Assembly: GCA_951406725.2 (NCBI GenBank)
Contig: OX597821.1
Coordinates: forward strand, 57,350,001-57,414,000
Origin: Octopus vulgaris
Lineage: Eukaryota
DNA length: 64,000 bases
Direction of reading: 5' to 3'
Part shown: piece after piece, positions 28,085-42,182 of the stretch
Position numbering within the stretch: position 1 is the first letter of the stretch
How the letters are laid out: each line of letters begins with the position of its first letter
The notes under the pieces: generated by a model
Database searches by the model: none
The model's input: only the letters and a program-made list of their open reading frames with translations
What the model was told of the DNA's origin: nothing
Position numbers and translations under genes: made by a program

Positions 28085-28850
28085 GTAAGTTTTAACCATT
28101 TCTTTGGATAATTCTCTACAGAGATATTTTGGGTCTGATTATTTTAGCAAAATTTTTGAGAAGAAATGTTTCTCTTTACAGTTTTATAATCTCTTGACAA
28201 GGATGATGTCCATCACAGGTTATTTATCCCAGGATCATCTTGATTGAAGAGATATAGTTTATTTTCATCATCATCATCATCATTGTTTAATGTCTGCTTT
28301 CCATGCTGGCATGGGTTGGATGGTTTGACTGAGGACTGGTAAGCCAGGAGGCTGCACCAGGCTCCAGTGTGATCTGGCAAGATTGCTTCAGCTGGATGCC
28401 CTTTCTAATGCCAACCACTCCGAGAGTGTGGTAGGTGCTTGTTATGTGCCATCAGCACGGGAACCAGGCAGGCAGCACTGGCATTGGTCACATTTGAATG
28501 GTGCTTTTTATGTGCCACTGGCATGGGTGCCAGTCAGGCGAGACCAGCATTGGTCACGCTCAAATGATGCTTTTTATGTGCCACCGGCACGTATATATGT
28601 ATTCTAGAATTTATCATTCATTATGCTCTTCTTTTGGCTGTTATTTCTAGCAAGTCAAGCAACCATATTGTAACTGTCTTGTTGGTTTGCCTCCTTTGCC
28701 CTTTTACTTGTTCCAGCCCATGGCTGACTGCAATACTAGGGTTCTGCTGTTAGGGGCTTTAATGGGCAGACAGACAAGAGAAGAGGAGCATTTAAAAACT
28801 CACTGACTATTTAGGGTCTTTATGTATTCACCTATATTGAGAGCATAAAA

Positions 28851-29318
28851 CAGGGGTGAGGTGCAGTTGCACCCACTGGCTGGTATATTCCTAAATTTTT
28901 CAATTATAAAATTTATACAATATCCGCATGCCTATTTGCGACATAGGGTGCATTTCCACTATGACTTAAAACAGACTCAAACAGAAATCATCCGGTAATT
29001 TCCATTTGAATGGGAATTTTGATTTCCCTATAAAACACATATTGCTAGGTTTGTACCACCCGCTTGAGACCCAACTACACTCTAGCTGAAAAGTATAGAA
29101 TACCTCAAGTAATATAAACGTCCTAAATTCAGTGACAGCGTTAATGAATATGTTACGCGTTAATTTAATGTTTAACTTATCTTTATTAATGTGTATCGAA
29201 TTATACATAGATTTATACAAGATTTGCACAGATATAAGAGTTAGAACTTGTGATCCACCTATGGATCTTTTTCTTGGGAAATTTTTGCCCACCATGCTAA
29301 AAAATTTCCCCACCCCTG
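28851..29318. mobile_element. hAT-type non-autonomous element
   Basis: TIR caggggtg / cacccctg; 8-bp TSD gcataaaa / gcataaag. Confidence 0.7.
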
Positions 29319-30669
29319 GCATAAAGAGAAAGACACAGTAACAGTAACCTTTCCATCACGCTCTCATCCAATCAGAATGATCCTGTCATAGATCTCTTCT
29401 TTGGAGTAGCTCAGTATTGCTAGTAAGCAAAACACTAGTGAACAACAGCCTCATTGCCTATCTCAGAGAAAATTGTACCTCCTCATGGTACCTATTTTAA
29501 AGTTTGATTGTTGCTGATGGTTCTAGTGAAAGTAGCAGAATGGTTTTAACACGAATTGGTTTCAAATTTGAAACTTCTTGAGAGAAATTGACCCTATGAA
29601 CTGTGTCTCAGGCAAATTTGAGAGAGCAGTTTTGCATTCCATTCTAAATATGGCTCCCTGCTGATAATGCTGCTCCACTGGAACTTCTGCAGTTTGGTTA
29701 ATTAGAGTTGATGCAACAGTCTTGAGAAGTGTTGGCATGTCATCTAGCAGTTCAATATGTTTGCAAAATTTTAGACTGTTGATGATGATGATGATGATCT
29801 GAGTTTGATTGATCAGAATAATTAGCACCTCAATTAATGATCTTTTTTTCATAATTACATAACTTGTATAATGTATTTCTAATTATTAAATTATTTTGGC
29901 TGATTTGTAGAATCATTTGAGCATCAGAAAATTGTTTTGGATGAAGCGTCAGGTGATATGATGTGCTTGAGAAAACATCACAGTTCATAGGGTGAAGTTC
30001 TCTCAAGAAGTTTCAAATTTGAAACCAATTTGTTAAAGCCGTTCTGCTGCTTTCACTAGAGCCACCATATCAATGCCAGTGCCTCATGACTAGATCCCAT
30101 GCTAGTGGCATGTAAAAAGCTCCATCTGAACATGATGATGCCAATGTTCCATGACTAGCTCTCATGCCAGTGGCACGTAAAAATAAAGCACCCACTACAC
30201 TCGTGGAGTGGTTGGCATTAGGAAGGGTATCCAGCTATAGAAACATTGCCATATCAGATTGGAGCCAGGTGCATCCTACTGGCTTTCCAGATCTCGGTCA
30301 AACCGTCCAACCCATGCCAGCATGGAAAGTGGACATTAAATGATGATGATGATGTATTTGGTTTTAGCTTATTACAGTCTAAGTTAAAAAATCCTTTAAA
30401 AATATTTTGCCTTTCTTTCTTATTATTAATCAAATATAATGCTAAAAGTACCAGTCGAGTTCTGAGATTGGTTTAATCAACTATACCCCTTCCCCTCTCT
30501 CTCACATGCACATGCACACACGCGCATGCACACACATGCCCACACGCGCATGCACACACACACACACAAATTGAGCCAATGTTAGATAAATCAGTTATTA
30601 CATTGCACTCTATAACATTTTGAGGTTGAAAAGTAATAAGTTTATAATTTTGTTTTATATCTCCAAAAG

Positions 30670-30842
30670 GACAAAGAAAAGGTTACCAGGGGCTTTTTCA
30701 CCTGGTCTGAAAGTAGAGCCGAAGCTGTTTGTGGTCTCCCATGATGCTCGTCTTCTGTTCACTGGGGGCCATTGGGACAACAGCCTCCAAGTGTTTCATT
30801 TAAGCAAATCAAAGAAAGTCAACCACATTATTGGACACATTG
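30670..30842 (+). CDS. NBEAL1: NBEAL exon 19 (WD40)
   Basis: caaaag|G...G|gtaagt; LPGAFSPGLKVEPKLFVVSHDARLLFTGGHWDNSLQV...IIGHI. Confidence 0.92.
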
Positions 30843-32472
30843 GTAAGTTGTGAAGATTGTTCTGTTTTTTTTTTACTCTTTTATATTTTAAATGGTGAAT
30901 TTGTAAAAGCACTAAAATGGCAGATAAGATGTCCTGTGGCATTTTATCTGGTTTCTTGTGTTTCGAGTTCTAATCCTGTTGGGGTCAACTTTGCTTTTCG
31001 TCCTTTTGGGGTTGATTAAGTACCAGTCTGTAGTGGTACTAACTACTTCTTAAACCCTTTCACTCCCAATGAAGCTTAGGACATTGAGAACTTTTTTCCT
31101 GCTCTTCTCGCCTCTGGTCTGTCTTTTTTGCTTCTACCAAATCTCGTTGGTTTTGAGTTGTCTTTGATGCATCTGTATGTTCAAGATGAATGGAGTGGCT
31201 GTGTGGTAAGTAGCTTGCTTACGAACCACATGGTTTCAGGTTCAGTTTCACTGCGTGGCACCTTAGGCAAGTGTCTTCCACTATAGCCTCAGGTCGACCA
31301 AAGCCTTGTGATTGGATTTGGTTGACGGAAACTGAAAGAAGCCCGTCATATATATGTATATACATATATATATATGTGTGTGTGTATGTGTGTTTGTATT
31401 TGACCCCCCCCCCACCAACATGGCTTGATAACTGATGCTGGTGTGTTTATGTGCCCGTAACTTAGCAGTTCGGCAAAAGAGACTGATAGAATAAGTACTA
31501 GGCTTACAAAGAATAAGTCCTGGTGTCTATTTGCTCGACTAAAGGTGATGCTCCAGCATGGCCACAGTCAACTGACTGAAACAAGTAAAAGAGTAAACTT
31601 AGTTGAAATTCAGCCTGGCTCTCTGTCAGTTACAAGAACAATTGTTCCAATAGATCCGATCAGTGGAACAACCTGCTTGTGAAATTAACATACAAGTGGC
31701 TGAGTACACCACAAATACCTGTATCATTAATGTAGTTCTCAGGGAGGCTCACTGTGACAAGGCTAGCCCTTTTGCATGACATGTACAACTCATTTCTGCC
31801 AGCTAGAACAACTTGAAATAAATTGTCTTGCACTGCTGGGAATTGAACTCACAGTCATACGACTATGAGCTGAAAACCCTAACTACTTAGCCGTGTGCCA
31901 CTTTCACGCTCAAGAAGTTGAAATTCATAACCATAAATTTAACTGTTGTAAACCTAGTTTCCTCCAACAGTGTCTTTCATTATACCAGCGTTTCTTTATC
32001 CAAATAATGTTATTTCTGTTCATAAGACCTCTATAACAATCCTTTCTATTAAATGGCACAAAGCCTGAAATTTGGGGGGGAGGGGGGAAATAGTCACTTG
32101 CATCAACCCCAGTGCTTCACAGGGATTTATTTCCATCGACCACGAAAGGCTGAAAGGCAAAGTTGACCATGGTTGATTTTGAACCCAGAATGTAAGGACA
32201 GACGAAATGCCATTAACCTTAGTGCCATTTCATCTGTATAACTGCCGATGCTGGCACAAATTTATCCAATTATAATTCATAATTTCTATATAAAAATCTC
32301 ATTCATTGTATAAATAAATATACTGAAAAACTCAATCACCATCTTAAAAAAATCATTTAATAACAAAATTACTACATCCCTTGTAACAATATTAAATAAA
32401 TCACAACAGATAAACAATAAACATCAATAAATCAACGATATTATGTGTATGTATATATATATATATGTGTGT

Positions 32473-32761
32473 GGAGGCGCAATGGCCTAGTGGTTAGGGC
32501 AGCGGACTCGCGGTCGCAGGATCGCGGTTTCGATTCCCAGACCGGGCGTTGTGTGTGTTTATTGAGCGAAAACATCTAAAAGCTCCACGAGGCTCCGGCA
32601 GGGGGTGGTGATCCCTGCTGTACTCTTTCACCACTCTTTCTCCCACTCTTTCTTCTGTTGGCCTGCTCGCTTAGCCAGCGGGGTGGCGTCATTTGAAGGC
32701 TAAAACAATGCGAACGCATTGTGACCAGCGATGTGTAACAACATCTGATGGTCTGGTCGGT

Positions 32762-32770
<9 letters not shown>
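32473..32770 (+). mobile_element. CpG-rich (probably young) tRNA-derived SINE inserted in a (TA)n/(TG)n tract
   Basis: A box tggcctagtgg, B box ggtttcgattccc; a decayed reverse copy of its tail lies at about 42780-42890. Confidence 0.75.
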
Positions 32771-32799
<29 letters not shown>

Positions 32800-32869
32800 A
32801 AAAAACCTAAGATGTATAAAATTGCAACAATTAAAAATCAAACCAAAGTCAAATTAAAATATGTAATAA

Positions 32870-33070
<201 letters not shown>

Positions 33071-33884
33071 TAATTATTTTTAACCTTTTTGACACTAAAT
33101 TGCCTCGGTTGTCATGTGATGGTTGGGGGGACAAACACAGACACACAAGCATATACATACACACACATATATACACTATATATATATATATATATACATA
33201 TATATATAGATATAGATTTATACAAAGGGCTTCTTTTCAGTTTCCATCTACCAAATCCACTCACAAGGCTTTGGTCAGCCTGAGGCTATAGTCGAAGACA
33301 CTTGCCCAAGGTGCCATGCAGTAGGACTGAACCTGGAACCATGTGGTTAGTAAGCAAGCTACTTACCACACAGCCACTCCTGCACCTATATGTTGAGCTT
33401 CTTTCAGTTTCCATCTACTAAATCCACTCACAAGGCTTTGGTCAGCCTGAGGCTATAGTAGAAGACACTTGCCCAAGGTGCCATGTAGTGGGACTGAACC
33501 TGGAACCATGTGGTTAGTAAGCAAGCTACTTACCACACAGCCACTCCTGCACCTATATGTTGAGCTTCTTTCAGTTTCCATCTACCAAATCCACACATGG
33601 ATTTGATTGGCTCAGGGCTATAGGTACAAGACACTTACCCTAGGTGCCTTGCAGTGGGACTGAACCTGAAACCATGTGGTTGGAAAGTAAATGTTTTACC
33701 ACACAACCTCGTCTGCTTCCATCATTACTGCTTTGCCACTAATTTACCAATATTTCCATTACCATTCTACTTCCTGTACTTAGCTGCTTGTACTCTATAC
33801 TGTGCTTCCATCATTATTTTTTTGAAGCATTTCAGTCATTACAACTCCAGGCTATTCTTGACCCTGTGAACATTCATTGATTAA

Positions 33885-34085
<201 letters not shown>

Positions 34086-35273
34086 TGAAACTACAACTAC
34101 TACCACCACAGCTTTTGTGATTCATTAATGTGTCGGTGTCATTTCGTTTACTTTACATTTTTATGTATATTGCATCCACAGAGAGATGAAGTGATGTCTG
34201 AGATAAGCTCAATGCTTCATCTTGTTTATGAGTAATAAAAGAAAAAAGAAAAACCTATCTTTTGTTCGAAAGCCTCCTAATATTTACTTCCTTCCACTAC
34301 AAAGTTGATCCCATAATGAAGTAAAAGAAATAATAATAATGATAACACACGCACACACATGTATTATCATCATTTAATGTCCATTTTCCATGGTGGCATA
34401 AGTTGGATGGTTTGACAGGAACTGATTACCTGGAGAGCTGCACCAGGCTCCAATTGTCTGTTTTCGCATGGTTTCTACAGCCAGGTACCCTTTTTATGTG
34501 ACACCAGCACCATTTCCTTTTAAGTGGTACCAGCATGGGTGCTGTTTATGTGGCAACAGCTCTATGTATATATTTGTTTGTTGGGGATTTCCCATTGGCT
34601 TCGATATATGCAGGTCTAACAGTCAGTAGTATAGCCATTAGACCATTCTCATAGATGGTTTGTTTTCAATGGTGAAGACTTCTGTAGGATCTGCTACGCT
34701 TTATGGAAATAACTATATCAGAAAATTGGTACAAATGTTTGCCACAAACTCGATGAAAGTCAGGTTTTGCTATTAGTTTTCTCTATCTCCTGGGTTAATT
34801 GCCTTCACTATGGATAGGATACAACCCATTCCTGTAGGCTAAATGCACACTTGGGTACCAAACCAGAAAAAGTCTACACACAGACACATAGACACCTCTC
34901 TCTCCCTCCCTCCCTCTCTCTAAATATAAATATTTTAGGTATGGTAGATGAGTTCAGCAAAAATTTAGATTCAGATGAATATGGTACTTAAGTTGAGGTA
35001 CCAGAATTTAGTACGGTATTATCCATACAATTTCAAAATAAGGTGATGTTGCTTATTTTGATATAAATATGCATATATATATAATCAAAATAAGCAACAA
35101 GGATATCCAAGGTAGTGTAGTACAATCGTTTCATGCTACTTCATTTTATTAAACAATTGTTGCTTATTTTGATTATAATCACCCCATACCAAATTCTGGT
35201 GCCTTTAACTTAAGTACCATATTCATCTGAATCTAAATTTTGCTGAACTTATATATATATATACGCACACACA

Positions 35274-35492
35274 CGAGGGTATACTGAAAAGTTTTTGGCT
35301 TTGGGTAAAATAAAATACAGGAGGATCAGTTTAATTATGATTTTATTCAAAATATTCCCCTCTGAGATTCACACACTTATTGCAGGTGGTCCTTCAGTTT
35401 TGCTAAACCTTGCAAAAGAACTCAGAAGGTTGGGCCCCAAGCCAGGCCTTTCATGATACCCTTAAAGCTAGGAACTTTTCAGCATCATCTCA
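35274..35492 (-). mobile_element. Mariner-derived MITE
   Basis: Imperfect TIRs (cgagggtatactgaaaagtt / aacttttcagcatcatctca); minus strand retains a NKCVNLRGEYFE* transposase C-terminus. Confidence 0.65.
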
Positions 35493-35522
35493 TGTGTGTG
35501 CGTGTGTGTGTGTATGTATGTG

Positions 35523-35649
<127 letters not shown>

Positions 35650-35719
35650 CAATTGTTGAACCTATGCCAGCATGGAAAACAGCAGTTAAATGATGATGGT
35701 ACATAGTTGGATGACCACT

Positions 35720-36170
35720 GATTATCCTAGATTTTACCTGCCCTTTGACAGATCTTGTTTTCCATCCTGCAGAGTGTCCAATATCCACCTTACTTAACAA
35801 GTTGTCTTAGCGGTGTTGTCAATGTAGTCACCAATGGCTTCCAAAGGGAAGGTGGAGGTTATAGTAAAGTCGCTTGAACTGTTAGAAATAGCTATCAAAT
35901 CCACTTCTATCATCTTAATAAAAAAGAAAGACACAGTGATCAGTATAGCCCTTGATATGTATAAAGTGACAGGCAGGTTATGGCTTGGATACCTTTTAAT
36001 AGATTTTCTCAATAAAGGCCAACCTGTGGCTAAACAACATCTGATCATTTCATTTCTGTCCCTGGGGCTGACTGGTTTAGTCAGATGAAGAGTAGCCTCC
36101 CTTGACGACACTGTCTCGTTAATTTTTATTCAATGTTCTTATCTGCTCTGATCATAGCAAGAATTGTTTG
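35720..36170 (-). mobile_element. Possible degenerate non-LTR RT fragment
   Basis: Minus strand has remnants resembling RT motifs (QCRQG.., YQGYTD), interrupted by stops. Confidence 0.3.
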
Positions 36171-37455
36171 GATTCTCACTGTTGTTCGTGAATCTTACGA
36201 ATTATTTCATTGTCGTTCCTTTTTTTTTTTCCCCCATTGATTTCTCCCTCCCACTGTTGTCTCTCGTTTTAGGAAAATTAACATTAAAGTCACTATTCCG
36301 TTTACGTGACATAACGTTTGCAGTTGTTAGCTTAGTGTTTTCGTTAATATTCTACCAGGTCGTTACAGAGGGGATAAACAAGGACAGAGATCGACCCCAG
36401 TGCATAACTGGTACTTATTTAATCGACCCCGAAAGAATGAAAGGCGAAGTCGACCTTGGCAGAATTTGAACTCAGAACGTAGCAGCAGACGAAATACCTA
36501 TTTCTTTATTACCCACAAGGGGCTAAACACAGAGAGGACAAACAAGGACAGACAAACGGATTAAGTCGATTATATCGACCCCAGTGCATAACTGGTTCTT
36601 ATTTAATCGACCCCGAAAGGATGAAAGGCGAAGTCAACCGCGACAGAATTTGAACTCAGAACGTAGCGGCAAACAAAATACCGCTAAGCATTTCGCCTGG
36701 CATGCTAACGTTTCTGCCAGCTCACCACCTTTCTTCTTATCACTTGTAGTGGGACCATATCTTAGTGATAAAAAGAGAGACTAGTTTTAATAGTAACAGA
36801 AACGTCACATCTGCCGCTATGTTCAAATTCCACTGAGGTCGACTTTGCTTTTCATCCTTTCGGGATTGATAAATTAAGTACCAGTTGAGCACTGGGGTCG
36901 ATCTAATCCCCCAAAATTTCAAGCATTGTGCCTATAATAGAAAGGATTGTTATTTTTATGAAGGTGGGGGACTGGCAGAATAATTAGCGCCTTGAACCAA
37001 AAGCTTAGTGACATTTCTGCTGGCTCTTTATATTCTGGTTTCAAATTCTGCCAAAGTCACTTTTGCCTTTCATCCCTTGAACATCATCATCATTTAACCT
37101 TTCTTTTCCATTCTGGCATGGGTTACCCTGTTTCACAGAAGCTGGCCAGCTGGATGTCCTTCTTGATGCCAACCACTTTACAGAGTTTACTGGATGTTTG
37201 TTACATAGCACCAGCAAAGATGTCTTATGTATGACTCCCACATGGGTGATTTATACATGGCACCAGCATTTTTTATGTCAAAAATGCAGGATAAAATATT
37301 TTCTCAAATTATGAAAATTTATCACCAGTGATGCATATGGCAGTTATGTGAAGTCCGCAATGAGCCACTGGTGGTATATGTGAAGGTTAATGTGTTAAAA
37401 TTTGCTTTGATTTACATTTTAATTTACAACCATTATCCTTTCCTTCCCTCTCCAG

Positions 37456-37617
37456 GATGGTACTGTTATCATTCACACTGTTCGTAAAGGACACTACATG
37501 AGAACTCTACAGCCACCTTGCGATCCAGCGGATTGTTTAAATATACCTCAAATTGATGTGGCAGATAATGGCCAAATTTGCCTTTTCTGTGAACATTATC
37601 AGACACCAAGAACTACT
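37456..37617 (+). CDS. NBEAL1: NBEAL exon 22 (WD40)
   Basis: ctccag|GAT...ACT|gtgagt; DGTVIIHTVRKGHYMRTLQPPCD. Confidence 0.93.
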
Positions 37618-39855
37618 GTGAGTATATCGTTTTCTTTTTTTTTTTCGTTTTTGCTTTCTCTTTCTCTCCTGTGACCTCCTCTTCTGCATCATGATTGACT
37701 CACCAGGTCCTAGGTACTGGTGCTGTCTGGAATCTTTTGATTTACTGAAAAATATCATGAAAACAAGCTGCTGAAATAGGGTTCCTTTGATGGATCACTG
37801 GACTACCGTTTCTTGACAGGGTGTGTAGCTGAGATCGAGGGAGTCTCTCTGGGTTGACCTGATACTTCTTTGCATTGAAACAATACAACTGTGGGACTAA
37901 AGGTATGGGGTTAGACTACTGCAAGAAAGAATGATGAGATAGAGCCAATGGAAAGGAGACCCAGGGGTAAACCAAGAATGAGATGGTTGGATAATATCCA
38001 AAGTCGCAGTTGGTCCTGCTTGGCCATCCAACCAGAGAGTCTAACAATGGTTATTTCTGATAGGACTCCAAGGAGGAAATGCCTTAGGACTCTACCCCCA
38101 CATACCTCCCAGGAATAGTAGGTAGAGATGGGTGAGGGTGGATAGGTGTGGCTGTGTGGTAAGAAGCTTGCTTCCCAACCACATGGTTCTGGGCAAGTGT
38201 CTTGTACTATAGCCTCGAGCCAACCAAAGCCTTGTGAGTGGCTTTGGTAGATAGAAACTGAAAGAAGTCTCTCATGTATATAATAATAAATGCCAAAACA
38301 AATTTCTGTGTGTCAGTGTGTCACACTTTGACCCTCCTCTCTCACTATTCAATGACACTCTTTCTACTCCTCTTGCTGGGGTGAGAGTAATAGTAGGCAT
38401 AGAGACGGTGAGGGCAGTAGTAGACTGACAGTTGAGATGGTAATGGGGTGATAGTAATGGTATGGGCTCTAGTTGTGATAGAGGCAGAAGCGATGGTGAT
38501 GGTAGCTGAGGCAGTGAGAGATGACAGTGATAGTAAATGATGTGAAAGACAGTGGTGATTGTGGTGGAGGGGGAAGTCGGTGAAGTCAAAGGTATTGATG
38601 GTGGTGACGTCAGAAGTTTGAATGGTATGTGTATGGCAGTTGTGGTGTCGAGGGTGATAGTTGAAAACAGTCAACAGAGAGAGAGAGAGAGAGAAAGAAA
38701 GAGGTTAGACAGAAAGAAAATTGTACTGACCCCAGGTGAAGACAAAAAATGTTGTTTATAATGAAGCTTTGCAATAAGTTCCAAGTCAACATATTATATC
38801 ATTGTTTTGTCGAAAATTGTTCATTGCTTGAAAAATATTGGTCAAATTTAATAAAATTTAATATGTACTCAATGCATGAAGTGTCATTATTGAGCTCAAG
38901 GCCCAATGAAGATCCCTCCACCGGAGTTAGCTTAAAAGAGAGAAGACTGAGATAAGATTAATAAAAGTTTACTAATACATTGACAAGATCAGACCTACAC
39001 TTGTTTCGATTCATCACTTGTAGCATAAAAATAAACCAAATTTAATTTAATTTAACTAAATCAATTTAGTTAATTACCACACATGAGAATATCTTCAAGG
39101 AAGGACATACAAAGAAACTTTTCATATTTAAAACATAACAGATACAATTAACTGTATCTATTTTTATTAATGTATATATTTTAAACTTTAATGGTACACT
39201 CTATTCTTCCTTTTTAATATTTTAAATATAATAAATTTATTTTTATGTCCTTCCCTGAAGATATTCTCACTTGTAGTTATTAACTAAATTGATCTAGTTA
39301 AATTCAATTAAATTTGGTTGATTTCATGCTACAAGTGATGAATTGAAACATGTGTAGGTCTGATCTTGTCAATGTATAAATAAACTTTTATTAATCTTAT
39401 CTCCGTCTTCTCTCTTGGTTTTGATAATATTAATGATATATATGTATGTGCCTATATTGTTAGGTGTTCAACCAGTTAAATCTTGGATATTTTTATCCCT
39501 CTTATCACCTGTACTTTGATGTACAGGTGATATCAAAGTACATCACCTATACTTTGATATATATGTGTGTGTATGTGTATGTTTGTTCCCTCACCATTGC
39601 CTGACAACTGATGTTGGTGTATTTATGTCCCCGTAACTTAGTGGTTCAACAAAAGAATCAATAGAATAAGTACTAGACTTACAGAGAATAAGTCCTGGGA
39701 TAGATTTGTTCGACTAAAGGTGGTGCTCCAGCATGGCCGCAGTCAAATGAATTTCAGCCGTGTCACTTTTCAATCCATTCTGTTTTTTCCTGAGGTTTAT
39801 TGTATTGTTTTTGTTCATCTGTGTTTTATGATGTGTATTTTTGTCTTATTTCCAG

Positions 39856-40004
39856 ACCAAATATTCTCTCCAATTGTATACAATTAATGGTAAACATCTC
39901 TTCCAACACCAAGTTTCCCATGCCATTCACCATATGGCTATTGGTGAAGATTACCTCGTTACTGGCAATGATCAAGGATATCTCACTATTTATGAACTTT
40001 TTGG
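39856..40004 (+). CDS. NBEAL1: NBEAL exon 23 (WD40)
   Basis: ttccag|ACC...GG|gtaagt; YSLQLYTINGKHL...EDYLVTGNDQGYLTIYELF. Confidence 0.92.
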
Positions 40005-41204
40005 GTAAGTCAGACTATTCCACCTCTAAAACTTAACCTGTTTCTATACCAACTCCAAAGAAAACATCGGGCAAACTAACGAGGAACTCTGTAAGTAGTT
40101 TAGAAAATTATCATTTGTAATTCTCACAATGAGAGATATTCAGCAACAGTACTTTGGAGTAAAGATTGTTTGCCAACATAACATGACAAATATATAAGAA
40201 CGCAGAGTGGACAATGGCCAGAATTCTAAATTATTTGTCAGTTTATAAACTTCAAAGAGAGAGAGAGAGATAAGGGTATAGTTGATGAACTACAAGTAAA
40301 TATTTTATTAAACCCAGAAATATATAAAGCTCAATTTGTATTTTAAATCTCCTGATACTTGGAACCTAACCAAATACAACAAAGTATTTGAATTTGTCCC
40401 CCAATTCTCTCTACCAGCATCAACCCTTCAGATGTGTATATGATGTATTGTGTTTGTAACATTCACTAATTTTACATAGGTGCAGGAGTGGCTGTGTGGT
40501 AAGTAACTTGCTTACCAACCACATGGTTCCGGGTTCAGTCCCACTGCGTGACACCTTGGGCAAGTGTCTTCTACTATAGCCTCGGGCCGACCAAAGTCTT
40601 GTGAGTGGATTTGGTAGATGGAAACTGAAAGAAGCCTGTCGTTTGGTGTGTTTACCTCCCCGTAACTTAGCAATTCGGAAAAAGAGATCGATAGAATAAG
40701 TACTAGGCTTACAAAGAATAAGTCCCGAGGTTGATTTGTTCGACTAAAAAGCATGGCCGCAGTCAAATGACTGAAACAAATAAAAGAATAAAGACCTTTT
40801 CACTTTCTGGATGTTTTGGTCTTGTTGGTAATAACATTTTTAGTATGTATCTTACAGGATAAATTGATGAGATAGATTTATATTTGTTCATCACTGATTC
40901 ATTCATTGCTGAACTGGAATAACATAGTACGCTAATTGTAAATAATGTGACGTTTATCTTGAATTGATTGATAACATGGGTCGGACCACAAAAGCACACC
41001 CCAGTGAGCTTCTACAATGCCCCAGACAATTTGGGGTCTTGGAACAAAATCCTTTGTTTCCTTTATGTTCTGTTGTTCATTTATCACTGGTATTTAATTC
41101 CCATGAAAAATGAGGAAAATGTATTAAGTAAAATTTGTGGAAACTTCATTGAATATCTATGTATCTAATTTCTTTTTTTGTTTTTTCTTCTTTTTTCCCC
41201 CCAG

Positions 41205-41346
41205 ACTTGCTGTAATCACAACGATTCCCTTGCTGGTGCCAATACAGTGCATTGCATTCACACCCGGTAACACCCACATTCTTGTCGCTCTCCGTGATGG
41301 CAAACTCATAATTGTTGGGACCAAAAGTAAAGCCGAGATAAAATAG
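41205..41346 (+). CDS. NBEAL1: NBEAL last coding exon (WD40, TAG stop)
   Basis: polypyrimidine tract, ccccag|A; LAVITTIPLLVPIQCIAFTPGNTHILVALRDGKLIIVGTKSKAEIK*. Confidence 0.92.
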
Positions 41347-41419
41347 ACCACCTTCGTTTTAGGACCCACATTCTGGAACATCTATCTGTAAACAACCCCT
41401 TAAAGCTATTTGGCAGTTC

Positions 41420-41725
41420 TAATGAAACTTCGTGCAGTTGCTTGAAGCTCATTAGGAAATTTACTGCAGCTCCTTGGTGATCATTATAAAACTCCTTACA
41501 GTGGTTATAGTGGAAACTCCTTGGGGATGCTTGACAGTCATAGAGAAACTCCTATTTCGTGTGTGGGGATACCATAAGGAAGCTCTTCATGAGCATTTTA
41601 AGGGGTTATGGTGAAAAATACTTTGCAGCTCCTAGAGAATGTTTATGAAATATTTTAGAGCTTCTTGGAATTCATTATGAAACACCTCAGATGTCTTTAT
41701 GACTATGTTTATGAAACTCCAGGAA
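41420..41725 (+). repeat. Degenerate about 33-bp periodic repeat in the NBEAL 3' UTR
   Basis: (a/g)tGAAActcc-like motif at about 41422, 41455, 41486, 41511, 41543, 41577, 41611, 41645, 41677, 41711. Confidence 0.6.
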
Positions 41726-42131
41726 GCACCTTGGTGCTTACGTTGTCTTCAGTTTCCTACAGGTGTAAGCTATATGCTTCTGTATACAAATGATTGACAC
41801 CCAACACAGTTCGGAGTTAGCAATGGCCTTGTCTTCCTCATGGACTTTTACTGACGACATACATAATTTATAATGGACTTTACACATTTTGAAAGATCTC
41901 TGTTCAATCCATATATATATATATATGTATGTATGTATGTATATATATGTAAATAGTATTTTGTATACAAAATAACTACCAAATTTTAAAACTTTGCTTA
42001 TGTGTGTGAGAGTGTATATACACCAATATACACTCATTATAGATATACGTGTAAATTTTTAAATCAGTGTGTGTGTATATATGTATCTGTACATGTATGC
42101 ACACACATATATATATATATGTGGGTATGTA

Positions 42132-42182
<51 letters not shown>

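Noticed and set aside
33225-33710. Triple repeat as a novel array
   Set aside because: Tandem duplication of the 5' half of the common SINE.
41344-41391. Stop-codon readthrough extension of NBEAL
   Set aside because: Only 14 codons to the next stop and no readthrough context motif.
41420-41725. CRISPR-like repeat/spacer appearance
   Set aside because: The motif is under 10 nt and degenerate, the spacers are related to each other, the context is a eukaryotic 3' UTR, and there are no cas genes.
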